DNA of 64,000 nucleotides from Phycisphaerae bacterium (GCA_039683615.1 JBDKRA010000042.1:4295-68294); one strand, 5' to 3'; positions 44,313-54,383 are shown, counted from the first letter of the stretch. The notes: a model not told the origin generated them from the sequence alone. A program made the numbers and translations.

Positions 44313-47090
44313 TCAGCCTTTATGTTTCTTTCTCCTCGCGGCCGCGGCGAGGGGATTGCCCAAAATGATGGGCTTTTTAGGCGGCGCCGGCGGCGCGGGC
44401 GCGGCAGCGGGCAGAATCTGATCGGCCGACTCGGCGGTTACGTCGGGGCGGCCGGGGTACCCGGCCGGCGGATGGTGCGCCTTGACGACCTTCTGCGGCG
44501 GCGAGACTTTTGCGGTCATCGCGTCGAACTGGTCGGTCACGATCTTGTTGGCCAGGCGCTTGCGAAGCTCGCGCGTGAGGTCCTTGCGGTGCAGACGGCG
44601 GGCGGCAGTGTCGGCACCTTTGAGTTTGGCCGAAGGCGTTGGTGCAGGGATCTCCGTCTTGATGACCGGCTCGATGGGGTGGAACATGATGGGTTTGCGC
44701 ATCTGTTCCAGACGGCGGCGCAGCATGCGCTCCAGCCGCGTGCGGCGGGCCTCGTCGCTCTCGATCAATTCGTCGACGGCCGGAGCATTGAGTGCGCCGC
44801 CGGCGAGGGTGCCCTCGAGAATCGCGATGGCGGATCGCTTGGATGGGATGAACGCCTCGTGACGGTCGTAGTACCACGTGGCATCCTGGCGCAGCGGCTT
44901 GCCCACGCAGCACGGGCAGCCGTCGTCGCAGTCGCAGGCCTTGATGTTGGCCAGCACGGCCGGCATGAGCTCGCCCAGGCGCTCGAAGGCTTTCTGCGTG
45001 AACCCCAGCCCGCGCGGGTATCGCTCGTAGATGAAGATGCTGTTCCACGGGGCGTTAACCGCGCCGATCGAGTGCGAGAAGTCCAGCGTGTCGCACGTAA
45101 CCAGCAGCGGCAGCAGCATGCGCGTGGCGTAGCCGATGCCCATCAGCCCGCTGTGGTCGATCCCGCGGGCCAGCACGTCGGCCATCAACTGCTCCGGCGG
45201 CACGAGCCATAGGGCGGTGGTCTCCAACGTGAAGGTCGGCAGATCGAGCCGGTGCGTCGAGACGGCGTCGAGGGTGTAGAAGTGCACCTTGTCGTAGGCG
45301 TATGTGTTGAAATACGCCGTGACCTCGCCCCAGAACGCCTTGCCCCCGCCGAAGGGCTTTTCGCGCAGCGGCTGATCGACGTGATGCACGTCGGTGCCGC
45401 CGTGGGGGTCGGTGTAGTAGTCGACCTCGACGGCCTTGACGGTCGCAACGTTGCGGTCGAGGTCCAGATCGGTCACGCGGTACGTCTGGCCCAGGTGCAT
45501 GTAGATCGCCCCGGGGTGCAAGATTGGCGGCGCGTCGAAGCGGTTGACCTCGCCCATCGCGGCGCCGGTGTCGGCGTCCTGGATCAGCACGTTGGCGTCG
45601 ACGCAGTCGCGCAGCGAAATCTCGTGCTGGGGCGTCTCGCCGGCGGCGTGATACCACTGCCCGTCGATGCGGCGCACTTTGCCATTTTCGGCCAGCACTG
45701 AAAGCGCCAGGTCTGCATCAGGCCCGAACCGCTGCGAATCTTCCAGCGGCAGCTCGTGCGTCGCGCAGCGCAGATGGCCGGTGACGATGAACGGATTGTC
45801 CGGGTCGATCACGGCCTCTTCGACCGCGCGGCCGAAGAGGTACTCGGGATGGCCCAGGATGTACTGGTTGACGGACGTGTCGAGGCCGACCAGGATGATC
45901 AGCGTGTCGCGCCCATTGCGACCGGCGCGTCCGGTCTGTTGGAAGAAGCTTACGCGCGTGCCGGGGTAGCCCACGATAATGGCGGCCTCAAGGCTGCCGA
46001 CGTCGATGCCCAGCTCGAGCGCCCGCGTGGCCGAGACGCCCAGCAACTCGCCGGCGAAGAGGCGCTTCTCGATCTCGCGGCGCTGGCTGGGTTCGTACCC
46101 GCCGCGATACGGCGTGACCTTCTTCACGAGGGCCGGGTCGCTGGCCTGCAGGTTTTCGCAGACGTAGCGGTGGATCATCTCGGCCGTCATCTTGGCCTTG
46201 GAGAACGTGATCGTTCCGTGGCCGCGGCGGATGAGTTCGGCCATGAGGCTGTGCGCCTCGACGTTGGCGCTGCGGCGGCTGCGCCACGGCGTGTCGCGCA
46301 GGCGCGGCGGGTTCCAGAACACGTACGTGCGCCGCCCGCGCGGGCTGCCGTCATTATCGACCAGCTCGAACGGCCGCCCCGTCAGACGCTGGGCGAGTTC
46401 GAGCGGGTTGGCCACCGTGGCCGAACACGCGACCATCTGCGGGCAGCTGCCATAGTGCCCGCACACGCGGTGGAAGCGCCGCATCAGGTTGGCGACGTTC
46501 GAGCCCAGCAGGCCGGTGTAGACGTGCAGCTCGTCGAGCACCACCAGGCGCAGGTTCGCCAGGAACCGCTGCCAGCGCCCGTGCTGGGGCATGATGGCCG
46601 CGTGCAACATGTCGGGGTTGGTGAGGATGACGCTGGCCCCGTCGCGCAGGCGGCGGCGAAGCGACGCGGGCGTGTCGCCGTCGTACACGCCGGCCAGAGC
46701 GCCGATACCCGCGCCGGTCATGGCCGCATTGAGCGAGCGGAGCTGGTCCTGCGCCAGGGCCTTGGTCGGAAACAGCAGCAGGGCGGTAGACTGCGGATCG
46801 GCCAGCAGCGTTTGCAGCAGCGGGAGCTGATAGCAGAGGCTCTTGCCCCCGGCCGTGGCGGAAACCACAACCACATTATGTCCTTCCGCGAGCTTGTCGA
46901 TCGCCGCGGCCTGGTGGCTGTAGAGCTGCTCGATGCCGCGAGCCTTGAGCATGTCCGCAATTTCTGGCGGCAGCGGCCTGGCGGGCCGGGCGTAAACGGC
47001 CGCGCGCGCTTCGACCGTGCGGACATACGCGATCTGATCGGCGTAGTCCTTGCCGCGGCGAAGATCATCAAGAAACGCATCGACGTTCAT
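44313..47090 (-). CDS. DEAD/DEAH-box helicase with DUF1998 (YprA/MrfA-type), paralogue 1, with ~190-aa basic/Pro-rich C-terminal extension
   Basis: From internal ATG (cat 47088-47090): MNVDAFLDDLRRGKDYADQIAYV... Walker A SATAGGKSLCY, DELH box, QQTGRAGRNG, CDCDDGCPCCVGKP. The listed ORF extension overlaps the upstream nuclease gene. Confidence 0.9.
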   Translation of the reverse strand: MNVDAFLDDLRRGKDYADQIAYVRTVEARAAVYARPARPLPPEIADMLKARGIEQLYSHQAAAIDKLAEGHNVVVVSATAGGKSLCYQLPLLQTLLADPQSTALLLFPTKALAQDQLRSLNAAMTGAGIGALAGVYDGDTPASLRRRLRDGASVILTNPDMLHAAIMPQHGRWQRFLANLRLVVLDELHVYTGLLGSNVANLMRRFHRVCGHYGSCPQMVACSATVANPLELAQRLTGRPFELVDNDGSPRGRRTYVFWNPPRLRDTPWRSRRSANVEAHSLMAELIRRGHGTITFSKAKMTAEMIHRYVCENLQASDPALVKKVTPYRGGYEPSQRREIEKRLFAGELLGVSATRALELGIDVGSLEAAIIVGYPGTRVSFFQQTGRAGRNGRDTLIILVGLDTSVNQYILGHPEYLFGRAVEEAVIDPDNPFIVTGHLRCATHELPLEDSQRFGPDADLALSVLAENGKVRRIDGQWYHAAGETPQHEISLRDCVDANVLIQDADTGAAMGEVNRFDAPPILHPGAIYMHLGQTYRVTDLDLDRNVATVKAVEVDYYTDPHGGTDVHHVDQPLREKPFGGGKAFWGEVTAYFNTYAYDKVHFYTLDAVSTHRLDLPTFTLETTALWLVPPEQLMADVLARGIDHSGLMGIGYATRMLLPLLVTCDTLDFSHSIGAVNAPWNSIFIYERYPRGLGFTQKAFERLGELMPAVLANIKACDCDDGCPCCVGKPLRQDATWYYDRHEAFIPSKRSAIAILEGTLAGGALNAPAVDELIESDEARRTRLERMLRRRLEQMRKPIMFHPIEPVIKTEIPAPTPSAKLKGADTAARRLHRKDLTRELRKRLANKIVTDQFDAMTAKVSPPQKVVKAHHPPAGYPGRPDVTAESADQILPAAAPAPPAPPKKPIILGNPLAAAARRKKHKG

Positions 47091-47098
47091 GTTTTGTG

Positions 47099-47143
47099 GC
47101 ACGGGCGAGACGCCCGTGGGACTCACGGGCAAGATGCCCGTGC
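47099..47143. repeat. GC-rich hairpin repeats, two copies (24-nt period)
   Basis: gcacgggcgagacgcccgtgg (47099-47119) and tcacgggcaagatgcccgtgc (47123-47143). The second copy contains the stop codon and last 6 codons of the nuclease-like gene. Confidence 0.8.
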
Positions 47144-48004
47144 AACTGGCAGGCGGGTCAGGATGTCGGCCAGCGTGATCAGGTCCAGGCGGTTGTGTTT
47201 GACGCACAGTGCCATCTCGGCGCCGTTGCCGGTGCGGACGAACGCGTGGTAGGCCTCGGGGATGCGCGAGCCGTCGATATCGTCTTCGCGCGCCCCGCGG
47301 CGGCAGATGTACGTCTCGAGCGTCTGCAGGCGGCAGTTGGGCAGGCCGCTGCCCCACACGCGGCGGCTGGTGTGCAGCAGATCGCAGTGCGGCATACGGA
47401 GGCGGCATGAGACCGCCGTCGCAGCCGACCGCGTGTGAACGTACGGCACGTCGAAACTCTTACCGTTGAACGAGACCAGCAGCCGCCGCGAAGGCAGCTC
47501 GTCGGCCAGCAGCGAGAGGATCGCCCGCTCCTGCGAGTAGTCGCGGGCAAAATACTGCCGCACCACCAGCGAGTCGTTTTCAAACACCATCACGCCGATC
47601 AGGAAGATCGGCGTCGAGTGCAGGCCCGTAGTCTCCAGGTCCAGAAAGAGCACATCCTCGGGCGCAACCGGGCCCAGCCCCTGCAGGTGCGCCCAGCCGT
47701 GCCATGTCGCATCGGCCAGCGCCGTCTTGAAGGCGATGCACAGGCGATCCCACCCGCCGCTCATGTCGGTGAGGCGCTGCTCGATCAGCATCGCCGAGCC
47801 GCCGCGGGGCGCCTGCACCTCGACGGCACCGGTGGCCGCGACAAAGTCCACCTGGCAGCCGGCTGTGGCGCGGATGTTGGCCAAGGATTGCCAAGGGGGA
47901 GGTGAAGAAAGCGGCGCCGCCGGCGGCGCGACGCGGCGCAGGCGCTTGATCAGGCCTTCGCGCACGTCCTGCGCGGGGCGACTGGTTCCATCCTTTATAT
48001 CCAT
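47123..48004 (-). CDS. RNase H-fold (DEDD-type) exonuclease-like protein, YprB/MrfB-like
   Basis: ...EDVLFLDLETTGLHSTPIFLIGVM... (ExoI-type DxE motif), ...LLVSFNGKSFDVPY..., ...HCDLLHTSRR... It lies directly upstream of, and co-directional with, the two helicases. Confidence 0.75.
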   Translation of the reverse strand: MDIKDGTSRPAQDVREGLIKRLRRVAPPAAPLSSPPPWQSLANIRATAGCQVDFVAATGAVEVQAPRGGSAMLIEQRLTDMSGGWDRLCIAFKTALADATWHGWAHLQGLGPVAPEDVLFLDLETTGLHSTPIFLIGVMVFENDSLVVRQYFARDYSQERAILSLLADELPSRRLLVSFNGKSFDVPYVHTRSAATAVSCRLRMPHCDLLHTSRRVWGSGLPNCRLQTLETYICRRGAREDDIDGSRIPEAYHAFVRTGNGAEMALCVKHNRLDLITLADILTRLPVARASCP

Positions 48005-48061
48005 GAGTCCGTCCTGAAGAACAAATCCTAGAAAAACTGTCGGCCGGATTCAATGAAAAGT

Positions 48062-50266
48062 TCAGGGTTTGTTTGGTACGGGCATTTGGGCGGCGCGATA
48101 CGAATCAAGCCGAGCGGCGATTTGCCTGGCCAGATCCGTCTTGCCCGCGTCTTTCGCCAGCGCCAGGGCCTTGTGGGCGGCTTCGGCCGCCAGGGCGAAA
48201 TCGCCCGCTCCCGCATGCGCCGCCGCCAGAGCATCTGCGCACTCGGCGACCTTCCAGCCGCTCAACTCACACGCGCGCTGCAGCGGCTCGATGGCCGAGC
48301 GGTACTGGGCCGTCTTGTTCAGCGCCAGCCCCAGGCCGTACTGTGCCTGCACGTAATCGGGCCGCAGGCGCAGCGCCTGGCGGTAGTGCTCGACGGCCTC
48401 GCTGTTCTTGTCGATGCTGGCCAGCGCGACGGCGAGATTGTTGTGCGCTTCCGGCAGCTCCCCATCGATCTTCAGCGCCTGGCGATACTGCTCGATAGCG
48501 TCGCCTGTGCGGCCTGTGGCCATCAGGGCTGCGCCGAGGTTGACGTGGATATCCGGCACCTGCGGCCAGGCCTTCAAGGCCCGCTGATACTGCTCGATGG
48601 CCTCGGCGTTCTTGCCGCCGGCGGCCAGGGCGTTGCCCAGCGCCAGATGGGCTTGGGGGTAATCGGCCTGCAACGTCAGCGCGCGGCGAAAGGGGGCGAT
48701 GGCCTCGTCGCAGCGTCCCGCAGCGGCCAGGGCCATGCCCAGATTGGCGGCGATTTCCGCCGAGTCATCGGCGACCTGGAAGACCGCGCGCAGGTGTTCG
48801 ACGGCCTCGCCGGGGCGCCCGGCCGCCATCAGGGCCATGCCCAGGTTGTTGCGCGCCTCGATCAACTCGGGCTTGAGGCGCACGGCACGATGAAACTGTT
48901 CGAGAGCCTCGTCAGGCCTTCCCATGCGCGAGAGCACCACGCCCAGGCCGTTGCAGGCGTCGGCGCTGGTGGGGTCGGTTCGCAGCGCCCGCTCGAAGCA
49001 CTCGCGGGCGGTTCTCAGATTGCCCCGCGTCTGCAGCAGCATGCGACCCAGCGACAAGTTTGCCAGCAGATCATCAGGCCGTATTTGCAGCGCCGACTCA
49101 TACTGCGCCATGGCGGCGGCCACGTCGCCGCGGTTCTGCCAGATCTCGCCCGCCAGCGTCATCGCCGCGACATGGTCCCACTGCGGGGCACTGGCCGCCT
49201 TGGCGACAGCCTGTGCGGCGTTAAGCTGGCTGGCGGCATATTGGGTGGCCGGCTGCGTCTGGGGCGATTGAGACGCCAGCTCCTGAATACGCACACTGAT
49301 AGCGTCCGCGGCCCGCATGCATCCGGTCTCATTGGGATGAAGCGTGTCTCCGTTTGTGAAGGCTTTACGAGGATTTCTGTCGCTATAGAACCCGGACAGC
49401 CGCAAGGTCGGGATGCCCTTCTCTGCGGCGAGGATCTCGATGGCCGGGGTGCTCGTGCCAGGAATGCACGCGCGATCGATGATCCGGTCATCCAGAAATG
49501 TCGGCCAGATGGCGATCAGCGGCTGGAAGTGATGCGTTTGAGCAAGGTCCTTTAGTTTCTCCAGGCCGCGCTGGACGTTGTCGTCGCTGATGGCAGTCTT
49601 GTTCCACTGCGTCGGATCATCTTGCCCATAATGATAGATTCCGGTCTTGAGGCACAAAACGCGGAAGAGGTCGCTGTTGCAGAACAGCCAATTAACCACC
49701 GCGGGCCGTTGCCGCGCGGCCAAGGCAATGTCGGCGTTGAAGTTGCGAAAGTCGTTATCGACGAAGACCAACACCACCACGTCGGGCTTGAATTGCAGGG
49801 CTTTGCTTTCCAGCAGTTCGACCTCGGCCAGCGTGCAGTAGCCGCGCACGCCGAAGTTCAGGACCTCAGTCTTGCTCTTGTCATAGCGCTTCTGCAGGTG
49901 CCAGGCGATGAGGTTCTCCCACTTGGTCTCCAGGGTAATTCCTTCCACGACGGAGTCGCCCAGGATCACGATGCGGCGCACGCCGGCGGGCTTCTCGACC
50001 GCGTGTTCGACGTCGCGCTGGCCGGCGGAATTGACGCCGGCGCGGTTGGGAACCAGCTCATAGCCCAGGATTGGATTGTCGCAAAGGCGGTAAGGGCTGG
50101 CGGAACTGCTGACATCGATCCCGCCCACCGGCGGGGCTGAGCCGACGATGCGGACAATCGCCTCTCCAGCCACAATCGCTACCGCAACGCTCAACAGCAG
50201 TGCCACCATCTTGAAGGCGACCTGCCTAAGGCGTCGGCGGCGGGGCTTGTTGGCTTGGGATTCCAT
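48062..50266 (-). CDS. membrane-anchored SGNH/GDSL hydrolase domain fused to a C-terminal TPR array
   Basis: N-terminal TM VAFKMVALLLSVAVAIVAG. GDS block RIVILGDSVVEG. ...DVVVLVFVDNDF..., ...GDTLHPNETG (DxxH). Then ~10 TPR units (...AHNNLAVALA..., ...AQYGLGLAL...). Confidence 0.8.
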   Translation of the reverse strand: MESQANKPRRRRLRQVAFKMVALLLSVAVAIVAGEAIVRIVGSAPPVGGIDVSSSASPYRLCDNPILGYELVPNRAGVNSAGQRDVEHAVEKPAGVRRIVILGDSVVEGITLETKWENLIAWHLQKRYDKSKTEVLNFGVRGYCTLAEVELLESKALQFKPDVVVLVFVDNDFRNFNADIALAARQRPAVVNWLFCNSDLFRVLCLKTGIYHYGQDDPTQWNKTAISDDNVQRGLEKLKDLAQTHHFQPLIAIWPTFLDDRIIDRACIPGTSTPAIEILAAEKGIPTLRLSGFYSDRNPRKAFTNGDTLHPNETGCMRAADAISVRIQELASQSPQTQPATQYAASQLNAAQAVAKAASAPQWDHVAAMTLAGEIWQNRGDVAAAMAQYESALQIRPDDLLANLSLGRMLLQTRGNLRTARECFERALRTDPTSADACNGLGVVLSRMGRPDEALEQFHRAVRLKPELIEARNNLGMALMAAGRPGEAVEHLRAVFQVADDSAEIAANLGMALAAAGRCDEAIAPFRRALTLQADYPQAHLALGNALAAGGKNAEAIEQYQRALKAWPQVPDIHVNLGAALMATGRTGDAIEQYRQALKIDGELPEAHNNLAVALASIDKNSEAVEHYRQALRLRPDYVQAQYGLGLALNKTAQYRSAIEPLQRACELSGWKVAECADALAAAHAGAGDFALAAEAAHKALALAKDAGKTDLARQIAARLDSYRAAQMPVPNKP

Positions 50267-50285
50267 ACCCTGAGTATATCCTGTG

Positions 50286-52214
50286 TCAGAACGCTTGTCG
50301 CAGGCGGATGGTGTACGTCCCGCCGGCGGCTGGAACGTTCTCGAAGATGATGTCTGGCGCGAATGCGGCGGCCGGCGGGCGCTTCGCCAGAACGCCCGAG
50401 ATGTTCACGACCTCGACGTGGCGAATCTCGGTTGTCGGCGAGCTGCCGCGCAGCAGCACCCAGATCGGATACTCGATGTTGTCGCCGCCAAGCACCAGGC
50501 CGATCTTGTTGAACCGTCGCAGGGGCAGCTCCCGCAGCAGGTCGCGATAGATTGCCTCTTGCTGCGGACCGGCGGCCGCAAAGTACAGTTCGTCGCGCGG
50601 GGTGTTGAAGATGTTGCGCTGACCCAGCATGGGGCGGTTGGCTGCCCAGAGCAGCGGCGCCGTTGCCGCGATCAGCAGCACGCTCACGATCGCCGCAGCG
50701 ACCCAGCGGCCGGCAAGACGTTCCAGCACTACGCCCGTCAGGGCCGAGCCCAGCACCAGCAGCGGCAGGTGCAGCCGCGCGTGCCACGGCTGCCACTTGA
50801 GGAACAAACAGAAGAACAGGAACCCGGCGATGATGGCCGCGGCGTAGAGCAGCAGCAATCGCCGCTGCGGCAGGCGAAGCAATGCCAGTCCTGCAGCCGC
50901 GGCGGCGAACAGCACAATATGCGCAGGGGCGGCCGCGAAATTCTCGTCGTTCCACAGGAAGCCGTAGACCTCGAACCGCTGACGGCGGCCGAAGTCGGCG
51001 TACGTGGTTTGCGGATCGTCCGGATCGGCCCCGATGGCATGAAGCGCGCCGCGCGCGGCGGCTGTGATCGCCTGGTCGGCCGGGCCGCCTTCGCGCAGGC
51101 CCCGCGGGTTATTGATCGGCGGGGCCAGTTCCATCGCAACATTTCTCAGCAGGTTCGACGCCAGCACACGCGGGCCCCAGGCCTGGTTGTCCAGTCGGTT
51201 GCCCGCGGACATATCCGCGTGCGGACCGGCCAGACCCCAGCCCAGCGGCGCGTGGTACAGATCGAGATTGCGGCAATAGAAGCCCGCGTTGACGGCCAGC
51301 ACGATCGCCCCTGCGGCCGCGAGGGCGGGGATGGCCCTGAGGCGCCGCCGCCGCAGTTGCGACGCGACCAGCCAGATGACAAACGGCGCCGCCAGCAGAT
51401 AAGCGGTTCCCTTGGTCAGTACGGCCAGGCCCATGGCGCCGCCGGCAGCGAGAACATACATCCAGCGATCGCGCTGCTGAGCATTGGCGGCAGAGAGGAT
51501 GAACGAGACCAGGCATACCAGCCACAGCGAAAGCACGTAGTCATTCTGTGTCGTGGATGATTGCAGCGCGCCCATGGGAATGGCGGCGCAGATGCCCGCG
51601 GCCAGAAGCTGTCCGACGCGCCCCGCGCCGAGTTGGGCCGCGATGAGCGATATGCCCATCAGGCACCCGGCCATCGCCAGCCACTGCACGCAGTTGGCGA
51701 ATCGGTCTCCGCCGGAGGCGATCTGCAGATGGAGGATGGCGTACTCGGCCAGCGGCGGCATGTGCAACTGTCGCAGGATGTGCGTGGGGTAGTACTCCAC
51801 GCTGGCGTCCTGCACCCAGTGGGCCACGCGCGCCATGTGGTACGTCATCGAATCGTAGTTGTTGGGCGGGCACGCCAGGGCCGTCACCAGGGCGCCGGCG
51901 ATGATGAAGACGCCCGGCAGCAGCAGCCATGCCGCGGCGCCGACTCTGCCTGAGGCGTCTACCGCCTCAGCGTCTCGGGCGGCCCCGGGCCATTTGGCGG
52001 CGGCGATCAGGATGACGACGGTCAGGCCCAGCCACGCGGCGCAGAGCGGCCCGAAGGTGAGGGCGTGCAGCAGGCTCAGGATCTCGGTAACGCCTGCCAG
52101 CATGACGCCCCAGATCGTCGCGGACATCAGCACCGCGCGGCGCAGCGGCCAGTGGCGCCTCTTATAGACGATCAGCAGCACGCACAGCGGAATGAGCGGG
52201 ATGAAGAAGAACAT
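50286..52214 (-). CDS. polytopic membrane glycosyltransferase, GT39/GT83 (ArnT/PMT)-like
   Basis: More than 10 hydrophobic segments. First-loop motif ...PPNNYDSMTYHMARVAHW... The ATG lies 3 nt after the stop of the upstream gene. Confidence 0.7.
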   Translation of the reverse strand: MFFFIPLIPLCVLLIVYKRRHWPLRRAVLMSATIWGVMLAGVTEILSLLHALTFGPLCAAWLGLTVVILIAAAKWPGAARDAEAVDASGRVGAAAWLLLPGVFIIAGALVTALACPPNNYDSMTYHMARVAHWVQDASVEYYPTHILRQLHMPPLAEYAILHLQIASGGDRFANCVQWLAMAGCLMGISLIAAQLGAGRVGQLLAAGICAAIPMGALQSSTTQNDYVLSLWLVCLVSFILSAANAQQRDRWMYVLAAGGAMGLAVLTKGTAYLLAAPFVIWLVASQLRRRRLRAIPALAAAGAIVLAVNAGFYCRNLDLYHAPLGWGLAGPHADMSAGNRLDNQAWGPRVLASNLLRNVAMELAPPINNPRGLREGGPADQAITAAARGALHAIGADPDDPQTTYADFGRRQRFEVYGFLWNDENFAAAPAHIVLFAAAAAGLALLRLPQRRLLLLYAAAIIAGFLFFCLFLKWQPWHARLHLPLLVLGSALTGVVLERLAGRWVAAAIVSVLLIAATAPLLWAANRPMLGQRNIFNTPRDELYFAAAGPQQEAIYRDLLRELPLRRFNKIGLVLGGDNIEYPIWVLLRGSSPTTEIRHVEVVNISGVLAKRPPAAAFAPDIIFENVPAAGGTYTIRLRQAF

Positions 52215-52217
52215 GGT

Positions 52218-54383
52218 CTAAGTTTTGTCAGGCCGCGTTGCGGGTTGGCTGGCGGCAGCGCGACGATACTCCTCGATTCGCTTGCGGATCTGCGGAGCCA
52301 GATCGGGCCGTTCCTGCTCCTGGCAGGCCTTGAGCGCGCGCTGGGCCTCGATGAGCGCCTGGGCGTTGTCGCCGCCGGCGGCGAAGGCCTGGGCCAATCC
52401 GTCGAGGCAGTGGGCCGGCGGTTCCGGCGTTCGACAGGCCTGTTGCAGATGGTCGAGGGCCTCACGCGCCTGGCCGCGAGCCAGCAGCGCCATGCCGATA
52501 TTGTACCGGGCCTGGGCGAACTGCGGCGCCAGCACCGCCGCCCGGCGAAAGTGCAGCAGGGCTTCATCGCCGCCGCCACATGCCTGGAGGGCCGAGCCCA
52601 GGGCGTTTTCCAAGGCAGGGTCATCCTTTCTCGCCGTCAGCGCCCTGCGATAGAGGGCGGCGGCCTCGGCGAGCATCTCGGGCTTGGCATCGATCATCAG
52701 CGCGTCGGCGAGATTGATGGTCGCCTCGATGTAGTCGGCTTTGCGCCGCAGCGCCTCGCGAAAACAGCCGACGGCCTGGTGGGGCTGGCCCGTGACCAGA
52801 AGGGCGTATCCGAGGTTATTGTGGGCTTCGGCCAACGTGTTGTCGAGCATCAGCGCCTGTCGGTACTGGGCAATGGCCTCATCGGGTTCGCTGTTGGCCA
52901 GCAGCAGGTTCGCCAGGTTGACATGCAACTTGGCGGAATCATCTTCCAGTTCGCTGGCGATTCGGGCGTGGCGAAGGGCGCCTTTGGCATCCCTGGCGGC
53001 GATCAGTTCGGCGGAAAGCATGCTGTGGGCGCGGGCGTTCTTTTCGCATTTGCGGACCGTGTCGGACCAGATCGCAACGCCGCTGCGAAAATTGTGATTG
53101 CGCGCGACGGTCAGGCCGCCCAAGACCGCTACGACGAGAGCGGCTGCGGCGGCGGGCCACTTCCACGAGGCCCGGCCGATGCCGAGCCGGCGTGCCGCCG
53201 GGCCCCAGAGCCGCCATGCGCCCAGCACCGCCAGCGTCACGACGGCGGCCAGGGCCAGGTACATGCGTTTCTCCGCGATGGTTTGGGTCGCCAGCGGGAC
53301 GACGCTGGAACTGGGGATCAGCACCAGGAAGAAGAACACGCCCAGAAAGCCCGCCGCGCGCCGCCGCGACAGCGCCCAGATGGAAAGCCCCAGCAAGGCC
53401 GCCAAGAGGATAGCGCAGGAAACAACAATAGACACGCGGGTGATAATGACCCTGCCGTAATCCAGGACCAGCGGCGACGGCCACAGCGCCAGGGCGAGGT
53501 ACTTCGAGACGGCTACGCATTGCGTGCAGGCGTACTGCCAGGCGGTGACGCCGTGGCCGAAGCCGACCGCCGGATTGAAAGCGCCGCCGGGCAAAGCGCG
53601 TGCGGCCACGACGGCCCATCCCGCCGCCAGGGCGAGGTACAGGCCCCATCGCCGGCGCAGCATGTCCTTGAAGGAGGCATAGACAAACGTGCGGTCGAAC
53701 AGCACCACGGCGACGGGGGCCGTGAGCATGATCTCCTTAGAGCCCATGCCCAGAGCGCAGGCGGCGGCGGCCAGGATGCCCATCGTCCAGATCGCAGTTT
53801 TGCCACGGGCGGTCGCGCTGCGCAGCGCCAGGTACATCGTCAGCAGATAGAACAGCGACGCCAGCGATTCGGTGCGGTTGGTGATGACGGTGACGGCCTC
53901 GGTCGCGGCGGGGTGGATGGTCCAGATCAGCGCGACGGCGGCCGCCAGGGGCGCCGCGGCGCCGCCGAAGCGGTCTGACAGCGAGTCGAGTTCGAGCGTT
54001 CGCCGCACCAGGCCCAGCAGCGTCAATCCGGCCAGCACGTGGATAAGCAGGTTGACGATGTGATAGCCGTGGACGTCGGTGTCGCCGATGGCGTAATTGA
54101 CGGCGAAGGTGAAGTTGGTCACGGGGCGGTTCTGCATGGGCGAGTCGTAGGTCGGGTGCAGCCAATCCGGCGGCCAGAGATGGCGAATCGTCGGATTGGT
54201 CACGATGCCTTCGATGTCGTCGAAGATGAACGGGGCCGAGAAGGTGTTGTGGTAGGAGGCAACGGCCATCACGACAACGGCCGCGGCGAAGACCATCATC
54301 TTAGATCCCGTGGATGCGGCCTGGGGAGACTGGGTGTGCCCGCGCTGTTGCTTCATGGCGTCAAGAATAGCACAGCGCTGCAT
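52218..54383 (-). CDS. TMTC-like protein: N-terminal PMT_2/DUF1736-type polytopic domain fused to C-terminal TPR repeats
   Basis: ...YHNTFSAPFIFDDIEGIVTNPTIRHLW...NRPVTNFTFAVNYAIGDTDVHGYHIVNLLIHVLAG... is the typical N-terminus of this family, followed by TPR units. The listed ORF starts at TTG 54392, and ATG 54383 is used here. The start is uncertain. Confidence 0.8.
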   Translation of the reverse strand: MQRCAILDAMKQQRGHTQSPQAASTGSKMMVFAAAVVVMAVASYHNTFSAPFIFDDIEGIVTNPTIRHLWPPDWLHPTYDSPMQNRPVTNFTFAVNYAIGDTDVHGYHIVNLLIHVLAGLTLLGLVRRTLELDSLSDRFGGAAAPLAAAVALIWTIHPAATEAVTVITNRTESLASLFYLLTMYLALRSATARGKTAIWTMGILAAAACALGMGSKEIMLTAPVAVVLFDRTFVYASFKDMLRRRWGLYLALAAGWAVVAARALPGGAFNPAVGFGHGVTAWQYACTQCVAVSKYLALALWPSPLVLDYGRVIITRVSIVVSCAILLAALLGLSIWALSRRRAAGFLGVFFFLVLIPSSSVVPLATQTIAEKRMYLALAAVVTLAVLGAWRLWGPAARRLGIGRASWKWPAAAAALVVAVLGGLTVARNHNFRSGVAIWSDTVRKCEKNARAHSMLSAELIAARDAKGALRHARIASELEDDSAKLHVNLANLLLANSEPDEAIAQYRQALMLDNTLAEAHNNLGYALLVTGQPHQAVGCFREALRRKADYIEATINLADALMIDAKPEMLAEAAALYRRALTARKDDPALENALGSALQACGGGDEALLHFRRAAVLAPQFAQARYNIGMALLARGQAREALDHLQQACRTPEPPAHCLDGLAQAFAAGGDNAQALIEAQRALKACQEQERPDLAPQIRKRIEEYRRAAASQPATRPDKT

